Positions 26,408 through 32,951 of a stretch of 64,000 bases of DNA are shown here, in pieces. The notes below the pieces were generated by a model that was not told the origin of the DNA, searched no databases, and was given only the letters and a program-made list of their open reading frames with translations. How positions within the stretch are numbered: position 1 is the stretch's first letter; every line of letters starts with the position of its first letter. Origin of the DNA: an uncultured Christensenellaceae bacterium (GTDB taxonomy: Bacteria; Bacillota; Clostridia; Christensenellales; UBA3700); assembly GCA_944376205.1 (NCBI GenBank), contig CALWBV010000004.1, positions 6,341 through 70,340 of the forward strand, written 5' to 3'. Both the position numbers and the translations under genes were made by a program.

Positions 26408-29302
26408 TTATTTTATCAAACTTAAAAAGCCTTGTTCAAAGCATGTAGGCATAGCAAAAGTTTTTTCGCCTATAGAAAAGGCAACTTTTATGTAGCTTCT
26501 GTTTTTATATATGCTAGTTATAGTGCCTTCACCAAATTTTTGGTGCAAAACTTTTGTGCCTACGTTTACAGCAGAAAGATCTATTTGAGGTTTTGGTTGT
26601 TCGGCAGGCTTTTGTATTGTCGTTGTAACAGGAGATGAGATGTTGTATTTTGAAGTAATTAAATCGGATTTTTCTTTTGTGTCGGGTTTGTTTTTTGATG
26701 TAGAAGTCAAATCATAGCTCTCATCTATAGCTGCTGCTATTTCGGCTTCCATAGTGGATTGTTGGTTATAGAATAGTTTTTCATATTCTTCTTTTCTGAT
26801 TACGGTATCCCAACCGCCGATTTCGTCTGAAACATGCTTTTCTATACCTGTATAAGATAGGCTGGAATCTTCATAACGCTTAAACTTGAATATGGCATCA
26901 TTCATAAGGCTTGCGTTGAATACGCCGATAGAACAGAGCAGTTCAAAGTCTTTGACATTCAAGCCCGTTACTTTCTTGAAAAGTCCCGGTTCAAGTTGGG
27001 TTATTACATCTTTTAGAGAGCGTTCGCGATAATCCGTCAAATACATAAATACAGGTACACGAGTAGCAAATTTGATAAGTTTTTCTTGGATTTGCTTACG
27101 CATTGATTTATATTCTTTCTCTTCTTCAGATAATTCTTTTTTCTCTTTGGGAGTAAGTTTTTCGCTTTCTTCTTTCTTAGCCTTTTTTACATGTTCTGAT
27201 TTATTGATAATAGTTTCGATATCCGAATTGAGCGAGCGAAAACCTTCGATACGCATAAGGGCATCGAGTGCTTCTTTGTTGTTCAAAAGTCTCGATAGAG
27301 TTTCGTTGTCAACATTGACTAGGAGAGCAGATTCCCATCTTTTTGCAAGCAATGTTGCACTTGTGCCTGCCATTGCAATATCGAGAATATCTTGAGCATT
27401 GATTTGCTTCATTGTGCTTCCGTCATATGCAAGCACGGGCAAAAAACTAATAAATTCTGCTACTTTCTTTTCGGGATTGCTTTCATCTACATTCAAACGG
27501 CATGAGTAGTCAGCAATTTGGCGAAGGGCTCTATCGAGAGCAAAGTCAAACACATAACATTCGTGCTTTATAATTTGTCTGTTGCCGTTATCGTCAATAG
27601 TTTCCCAAGGACTTTGTACACGGAAAGCTGCTTGAAAATATGTCTCGGGAGATTTAAGATTGCGAAGCATAAATATGCCTGTCCAAGGTCTTATTGTTAC
27701 GCCGGTCGTAAGTTTACCGCAAGATAGAGTAATAGTTTTTGTCTCCAGCGGATTGCCCATTGATGCTTGAACAGGGCGTAGGGCATCGAGTCCAACACCT
27801 GCGGATGTTCCTGCACAAACATTTATTTTATAATCGTGATAGAAAGCGTTTTGCTTTTGAGCAAGAAGATTTGCCATGGCATAACACGATGCCACATTGG
27901 GCAAAAACCAAAGTGTATGTGATAATACATTCAATAGTCTTGTGTCCGAATAAGGCATAGGCGGTCTTTTGTCCTGTCCTAATTTGAGGTCATCTATGCT
28001 TGAGGGCAAATATGAGCCTCTTATGAGGTCAAGCCATTTTTGCACTTCGTTTTCGTAGGCAAATCTCGCTTCTTTACCTTTGCCTTTTGCCGAGAAAAAT
28101 ACATTCAAGTCAAACTCGTCATATTCGCCTTGAAGAGCAATTTGTCTTATGCTGTCGGGAATACGATAAGTAAGCATAACCATTCGGGGCAATGCTAAAT
28201 AAGGGTTGTTTGAACCAATCCAATTTTCTTTTGCTCTTTGTTCGTCAGAATAGGTCCAATTATATATTTGGTCTTCGATAAATTCGCCGCTGTTTATAGC
28301 ACGGAAAGGTGTTCCTGACAAAAACAAATAATACGATGTCGATATCGGCAAAAATGTTTCGTTGTAAGCATTGTCGGCTTCTGTACGCTTATAGTCTTCA
28401 TAGTCAAAGTCGGCATTTTCTTCTTCGTCAGGGTTTTCAAAGAGTTTTTTTGCATTTTCTCGCCAAGCACCGAAATGATATTCGTCAAAGATAACCAAAT
28501 CCCAATTCGTGGTATGTATAAATTCATTCTTGGCTTTTATACCGCCGTTGTCATTAGTGCCTAATAAGTCTTGAAACGAACCGAATACTACAATAGGACG
28601 GCTCTTGTCTGCCAAAGCAAACTGTCTATCGATATTGATATTATTGTTGTGAGCGTCTTTGTTAGATATAAATTGCCAACCTTCAAAGTCTATATGAGAA
28701 ACCAAATCTTCACGCCAAGCAGATTCCACAGCAGGCTTGAACGTCAATACGAGTATTTTGTTAAGCCCCATTTTCTTTGCGAGTTCATAGGATGCAAAAG
28801 TTTTGCCAAACCTCATTTTTGCATTCCATAAAAATTTAGGGGATTTATTAGGTTCTTGTTGCTTGGCTGTATTATAAAAAGATATAGTTTTGTCGACAGC
28901 TCTTACTTGTTCGGGGCGCATTTTGAAAGTAGCCGTACGGTTTTCTTCAGAAATAATATCTTCTCTTAATTGCAGAATAGCAGACAAAACGTCTTTTGCA
29001 CCACAACAAAACCATTCATTTTTATCTATGCCTTCATTGAATTGCAAAAATCCCTTTTGTCGCAAAATCGCATGCACGTCATGGTCAGTAAAACAAGTAC
29101 CGTCAGCTCGCATAGCAGATTCTTTAAGTATAATTTTATAAGGGACACTGCTTGTATGTAGTTGTTCCTTGATACGAGTCTCGACATTTCGGTCTGTATA
29201 TCCTATTTTCAAATAACCTTTATGCGAAGCTACTCCCACAAGTTCATAAGCGTATATTGTGGGTGTAACTTGTGGTCTTTGCTTAAAAAATTCTTGTGTC
29301 AT
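26408..29302 (-). CDS. GIY-YIG/T5orf172-like nuclease plus SF2 (ResIII-type) helicase plus coiled-coil plus UvrD/PcrA-like Tudor C-terminus; putative restriction/effector subunit
   Basis: N-terminus: TIYAYEL..GYLKIGYTDRNVETRIKEQ..DVHAIL..NEWF. Helicase motifs: AKMRFGKTF (I), VIFDEYHFGAW (II), LSGTPF (III), QAAFRVQSP (VI). K/E-rich 690-730. C-terminus: GTKVLHQKFGEGTITSI..IKVAFSIGEKTF. The start is 4 nt after the MTase stop, and GGAG lies inside the upstream gene. Confidence 0.85.
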   Translation of the reverse strand: MTQEFFKQRPQVTPTIYAYELVGVASHKGYLKIGYTDRNVETRIKEQLHTSSVPYKIILKESAMRADGTCFTDHDVHAILRQKGFLQFNEGIDKNEWFCCGAKDVLSAILQLREDIISEENRTATFKMRPEQVRAVDKTISFYNTAKQQEPNKSPKFLWNAKMRFGKTFASYELAKKMGLNKILVLTFKPAVESAWREDLVSHIDFEGWQFISNKDAHNNNINIDRQFALADKSRPIVVFGSFQDLLGTNDNGGIKAKNEFIHTTNWDLVIFDEYHFGAWRENAKKLFENPDEEENADFDYEDYKRTEADNAYNETFLPISTSYYLFLSGTPFRAINSGEFIEDQIYNWTYSDEQRAKENWIGSNNPYLALPRMVMLTYRIPDSIRQIALQGEYDEFDLNVFFSAKGKGKEARFAYENEVQKWLDLIRGSYLPSSIDDLKLGQDKRPPMPYSDTRLLNVLSHTLWFLPNVASCYAMANLLAQKQNAFYHDYKINVCAGTSAGVGLDALRPVQASMGNPLETKTITLSCGKLTTGVTIRPWTGIFMLRNLKSPETYFQAAFRVQSPWETIDDNGNRQIIKHECYVFDFALDRALRQIADYSCRLNVDESNPEKKVAEFISFLPVLAYDGSTMKQINAQDILDIAMAGTSATLLAKRWESALLVNVDNETLSRLLNNKEALDALMRIEGFRSLNSDIETIINKSEHVKKAKKEESEKLTPKEKKELSEEEKEYKSMRKQIQEKLIKFATRVPVFMYLTDYRERSLKDVITQLEPGLFKKVTGLNVKDFELLCSIGVFNASLMNDAIFKFKRYEDSSLSYTGIEKHVSDEIGGWDTVIRKEEYEKLFYNQQSTMEAEIAAAIDESYDLTSTSKNKPDTKEKSDLITSKYNISSPVTTTIQKPAEQPKPQIDLSAVNVGTKVLHQKFGEGTITSIYKNRSYIKVAFSIGEKTFAMPTCFEQGFLSLIK

Positions 29303-29306
29303 AATT

Positions 29307-30833
29307 TTACTCCATAGGCTTAATTATTGATTCAATAAAATTTATCTCATCTTGTGATAGATTATATTTTGAATATAAATCTTCGTCCGACCAAGAGCGG
29401 GAAAAGTCTACCCAAGGTACAAATTGAAAATTAGAAATGGATAAATTCATACCTGTTAATGTTTGTAATATTAAAAATCTAACAAATTTAGTTTTTAAAT
29501 AATTAAATGTGTTTTCGGCATTCTCTTTTTTCCTGTCAGGACAAATTACTAAATATGATTGATTGCAAATTTCAGAAGGTTTTAATATTTCCATCCTACT
29601 CAGAACTCTATACATACCATTTTTATCGGGATTACCTGCGTGTTCACATGATAATTTGGAAATCATAGGTTTCCATAAATCAACTGTATCTGTATATTTT
29701 GTAATGTCGTCTCTTGAAACATAAGTCCATCCTTTGCTAGTTAACATGGGGCAATCATATTTTGATGTCTGTTTAGCATTACCTACATAGGTTGATAAAA
29801 AGCCATAAGGAGTTTGTGGACTACAACCGCCTTTATCATTAAGCTTTTTTTCGTTTTCAGCAAGTACCTTATGGATAATCGAAAGTGCCTCATTTCGTCT
29901 AATAAAGATGTCATACTCTGATAAATTTCTTATAGAAGTGCTTGATTTACCATTAGAAATATTAGTAAAAGAGCATTCGCCTTGATAATTTGAATCAAAT
30001 AAGAAATAACAAATGCCACCATTAACATCAACACCGGGAAAGCAATCTTTTGAATCAATAAAATCTACAATGTGGCTGATTTTTTTATTATTCAACATTA
30101 TTTTTCTAAACTCTTCCAAACCAACACCACCAGAAAACCATCTAGCTGGAATTATCATAGTTAAATATTTAGGATTTAGTTTGAACGCTTGCAATACAAA
30201 TTTCTGATAAATTGGAATAGCCCCTAATCCTTTTCCTGCTTCATTCAGGCTCATCTGATAAGGCGGATTACTTATTATAACGTCAAATTTCATATTGAAA
30301 ATCTCCTCTGGGGTATGGGTATGAATAAATTCATAAGCATGCGATTCTAAATCGACTGCACGGTCATATTGTTCTTTATTTGCACCACAAAAAATACATC
30401 TTCCGTCTTTCCATGTGTGTGCTATTTTTTTAAATCTCACATTTCCTTCGGCAGTATCAAATTTGCTTACAGAAAATTCACTGTTTGGATATTTGCTACA
30501 ATACACTCCACGGCGTGATAATAGGCTAGTCAACTCAGTAATAGCTATGCCATATAATTGATTGTGGAATATGTGGTCTATGCGTTGTTGCAAGTCAGGG
30601 AATTGAGGCTCTAATCCTTTTATCAAGCGTTTTGCTATCTCTCGCAAAAATACTCCTGTTTTGCAAGCAGGATCCAAAAATTTAGTATCGGGATTGCAAA
30701 ATAACTCTTGTGGCAGCAAGTCCAACATTTGATTTACAATTTCGGGTGGGGTAAATACTTCGTCATTGGATAAGTTAGCCAAACATGAAAGAACATCGGG
30801 GTTATAAACTTTATCAAAAATACTCTCAGCCAT
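29307..30833 (-). CDS. Eco57I/TaqI-like gamma-class N6-adenine DNA methyltransferase with C-terminal target-recognition half
   Basis: DEVFTPPEIVNQMLDLL (motif X), FLDPACKTGVFL (motif I), FDVIISNPPYQ (motif IV). I prefer the start MAESIF at 30833; its ATG lies inside the upstream stop (ATGGCTGA overlap). Confidence 0.88.
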   Translation of the reverse strand: MAESIFDKVYNPDVLSCLANLSNDEVFTPPEIVNQMLDLLPQELFCNPDTKFLDPACKTGVFLREIAKRLIKGLEPQFPDLQQRIDHIFHNQLYGIAITELTSLLSRRGVYCSKYPNSEFSVSKFDTAEGNVRFKKIAHTWKDGRCIFCGANKEQYDRAVDLESHAYEFIHTHTPEEIFNMKFDVIISNPPYQMSLNEAGKGLGAIPIYQKFVLQAFKLNPKYLTMIIPARWFSGGVGLEEFRKIMLNNKKISHIVDFIDSKDCFPGVDVNGGICYFLFDSNYQGECSFTNISNGKSSTSIRNLSEYDIFIRRNEALSIIHKVLAENEKKLNDKGGCSPQTPYGFLSTYVGNAKQTSKYDCPMLTSKGWTYVSRDDITKYTDTVDLWKPMISKLSCEHAGNPDKNGMYRVLSRMEILKPSEICNQSYLVICPDRKKENAENTFNYLKTKFVRFLILQTLTGMNLSISNFQFVPWVDFSRSWSDEDLYSKYNLSQDEINFIESIIKPME

Positions 30834-31494
30834 TTTCTTGCACTCTCCTATAATGCGATACATATTTTTTTAAGAAAACTCCTTCACTATCGGCATTATT
30901 ATCTAAAAATGAAGTTTGAGTTTTTGTATCATATTCGTCTTTTGCCAAAAGCTCAGCAAAAGTATAATCACTTCTTTGCAACATGCTGCCCGTAATAAAT
31001 GCCCATTCAGAAAATACTATAGGCTTGTCCGTATCTTTGCCGTTTTCGTCTACACAGCAAAGAGTCAAAGCATTTCCGCAAACAATATTTTTCTCTAATA
31101 TGAATTTGACAGCATCTCTTGTCTGGTCGTTGCAATCGTTTTTGCATACGCTTTTATAGGCTTTGTCCCAGATGTTAAATAATCTTTTTCGGCAAGCTAA
31201 TACATTGTCGATAAGAATATCTACGCCGTAAATACTCGATATTGCAAGAACAGCGTTTTTCTCATAATCGAGAGGACTTTTTTTGTATTTCTTCTTAACG
31301 ACATCTAGCTTTCTATTTAATATTTCGACAAGAAAATTACCATCACCGCAAGCCGGCTCCAAAAATCTACTGTCTATTCTCTCGGTTTCTTCTTTTACAA
31401 GGTCGCACATAGCTTTTACTTCTCGTTCATTTGTGAATACTTCGCCATATTCTTGTACTCGGTTTTTAGATTTTATTTGTTTGCTTAATGTCAT
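30826..31494 (-). CDS. Half-size MTase-fold protein lacking the (D/N/S)PP(Y/F/W) catalytic motif
   Basis: GEVFTNEREVKAMCDLV (motif X), FLEPACGDGNFL (motif I), IYGVDI, NIVCGNAL. Where NPPY is expected the sequence reads PIVFSEWAF. I prefer the start MTLSKQ at 31494 (ggag 6 nt upstream), not the listed 31617. Confidence 0.7.
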   Translation of the reverse strand: MTLSKQIKSKNRVQEYGEVFTNEREVKAMCDLVKEETERIDSRFLEPACGDGNFLVEILNRKLDVVKKKYKKSPLDYEKNAVLAISSIYGVDILIDNVLACRKRLFNIWDKAYKSVCKNDCNDQTRDAVKFILEKNIVCGNALTLCCVDENGKDTDKPIVFSEWAFITGSMLQRSDYTFAELLAKDEYDTKTQTSFLDNNADSEGVFLKKYVSHYRRVQENG

Positions 31495-31516
31495 AAATAG
31501 TCTCCGTATGTAAATA

Positions 31517-31545
31517 ATTATATGTGCATTGCACATATTTGTCAA
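31517..31545 (-). promoter_or_regulatory. Consensus sigma-A promoter of the MTase-like/MTase/nuclease-helicase operon
   Basis: The minus strand reads TTGACA-aatatgtgcaatgcaca(17)-TATAAT (plus-strand coordinates: -35 at 31540-31545, -10 at 31517-31522). Confidence 0.7.
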
Positions 31546-31564
31546 TGTGTACTGCACATATTTG
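31520..31564. promoter_or_regulatory. C-box-like operators: a perfect 9+1+9 palindrome plus a second imperfect site
   Basis: ATATGTGCA-T-TGCACATAT (31520-31538) is a perfect palindrome covering the spacer and -10 of the operon promoter. The second site aATGTGtActgCACATAT lies at 31545-31561. The 12-nt direct repeat TGCACATATTTG occurs at 31530 and 31553. Confidence 0.6.
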
Positions 31565-31571
31565 CTAAAAT
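31563..31571 (+). promoter_or_regulatory. Extended -10 element for the C-type regulator; predicts a leaderless mRNA
   Basis: TGcTAAAAT ends 7 nt before the ATG at 31579, and there is no SD upstream of that ATG. Confidence 0.45.
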
Positions 31572-31578
31572 TGACACG

Positions 31579-31791
31579 ATGGAATTTGGAAAGTATTTTA
31601 AAATGTATAGGAAACAAGCTGGATTAACACAGACTGAGGTAGCTGAAAAGCTACACATTAAGCAATCCAATATTAGTGATTGGGAAAAGAATATTTCAAG
31701 ACCTTGTTATGAATATCTAATAGAGCTTGCAAAAATATACGATGTAAGTCTATACGATTTGCTTGGGTTAGACGAGGCGACTTTTCGTTAA
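31579..31791 (+). CDS. XRE-family HTH regulator, candidate controller (C) protein of the R-M-like operon
   Basis: MEFGKYFKMYRKQAGLTQTEVAEKLHIKQSNISDWEKNISRP..LAKIYDVSLYDLLG. I prefer the ATG at 31579 because the listed 31522 start falls inside the operators. Confidence 0.8.
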   Translation: MEFGKYFKMYRKQAGLTQTEVAEKLHIKQSNISDWEKNISRPCYEYLIELAKIYDVSLYDLLGLDEATFR

Positions 31792-31879
31792 AAGAGATTT
31801 AGATAAAGAAATATTTAATCAAATTAAAAATTTATCTTGCAAAGAAAAAAAAGAATTTTTAGATCTATTAAAATTATAA
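31787..31879 (+). other. +1-frame continuation of the C-type gene (possible frameshifted C-terminal helix)
   Basis: Shifting +1 at cttttcgttaa gives VKRDLDKEIFNQIKNLSCKEKKEFLDLLKL*, which looks like the helical tail of longer XRE regulators. Confidence 0.3.
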
Positions 31880-32011
31880 ACACAGATGCAGTAAAGATAA
31901 CAGGGAAATGTTTAAGCGAATTTAAGGTTGCATAACTATAATGTAAAAATTTTTTTAATCAAGAATAGTTATTAAATAATTGTATTATCCCAAAATAATC
32001 TTTTGCAAAGA

Positions 32012-32047
32012 AAAAAAACGAACCTTGAATTTTCAGGGTTCGTTTTA
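32012..32047 (-). terminator. Terminator downstream of tRNA-Leu
   Basis: On the minus strand, acgaaccct-gaaaattca-aggttcgt is followed by tttttttt. Confidence 0.75.
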
Positions 32048-32055
32048 TTCCTGCT

Positions 32056-32142
32056 TGGTGCCGAAGGCGGGACTTGAACCCGCACGATGTCGCCATCACC
32101 GGATTTTGAGTCCGGCGCGTCTGCCAATTCCACCACTTCGGC
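32056..32142 (-). tRNA. tRNA-Leu (anticodon CAA), CCA encoded
   Basis: The reverse complement reads gccgaagtggtggaattggcagacgcgccggactCAAaatccggtgatggcgacatcgtgcgggttcaagtcccgccttcggcacca. The acceptor stem gccgaag/cttcggc pairs, the variable arm is long, and a T-loop ggttcaagtcc is present. 87 nt. Confidence 0.93.
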
Positions 32143-32166
32143 ATGCAAATCGTTAATTGCTTTATT

Positions 32167-32195
32167 ATATTAGCATACAATTTTGCGATTTGCAA
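32167..32195 (-). promoter_or_regulatory. Promoter of tRNA-Leu
   Basis: The minus strand reads TTGCAA-(17)-TAATAT, ending ~25 nt upstream of the mature 5' end. Confidence 0.5.
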
Positions 32196-32317
32196 TTGAT
32201 TTTTTATGAAATTAAGCAAAAATCATTAAAAAATTTGAAAAAAATTATAGATTTATCCTTTCGCTTGTAGTACAATATTATTATAACAAAAAGGTAAATA
32301 AGCATAGGGGGATAAGT

Positions 32318-32851
32318 ATGAATATTTGGCACGATTTGAGCAAGGACAGAGTTATGCCCGAGGATTTCATAAGTTGTATCGAGATACCAAAGGGCTGCAA
32401 AAACAAGTATGAAGTCGACAAGCAAACGGGAATGCTTATACTTGACAGAATACTTTATACTGCTACGCACTATCCAGCAAATTACGGTTTTATACCTCGT
32501 ACATACGCAGATGACGGCGACCCGTTGGACGTACTGGTTTTGTGCAGTGAGGAGATAGCGCCGCTTGCACTGGTGAGGTGTTATCCTATCGGGCAGATAG
32601 CCATGATAGACGAGGGCAGAGAGGATATCAAGATATTGGCGGTACCTTTCAAGGATCCCAACTGGAATTGCTATACGGACGTAAAGGAATTGCCTCCGCA
32701 CATCATCGAAGAGATAAAGCATTTTTTCGGGGTGTACAAACAGCTTGAAGGCAAGAAGATGGAAGTGTTGGAGCTGTCGGGAAGGGATACGGCTGTCGAG
32801 TCTGTAACTAAAGCAATCGAATTGTACGAAGAAGTATTTCTCAAAGATTGA
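32318..32851 (+). CDS. ppa: Family I inorganic pyrophosphatase
   Basis: IEIPKGCKNKYEVDK..LDRILYTATHYPANYGFIPRTYADDGDPLDVLVL is the family I PPase signature. Confidence 0.93.
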   Translation: MNIWHDLSKDRVMPEDFISCIEIPKGCKNKYEVDKQTGMLILDRILYTATHYPANYGFIPRTYADDGDPLDVLVLCSEEIAPLALVRCYPIGQIAMIDEGREDIKILAVPFKDPNWNCYTDVKELPPHIIEEIKHFFGVYKQLEGKKMEVLELSGRDTAVESVTKAIELYEEVFLKD

Positions 32852-32951
32852 CGTCGAGAGCGCATTGAAAAGGCGCTGTTTCGACGGAAACTGAATTTGT
32901 TGCCTTTTTGGCGACGTTTACACAAAAGATAAAATCATACGCTAAAGAAGA

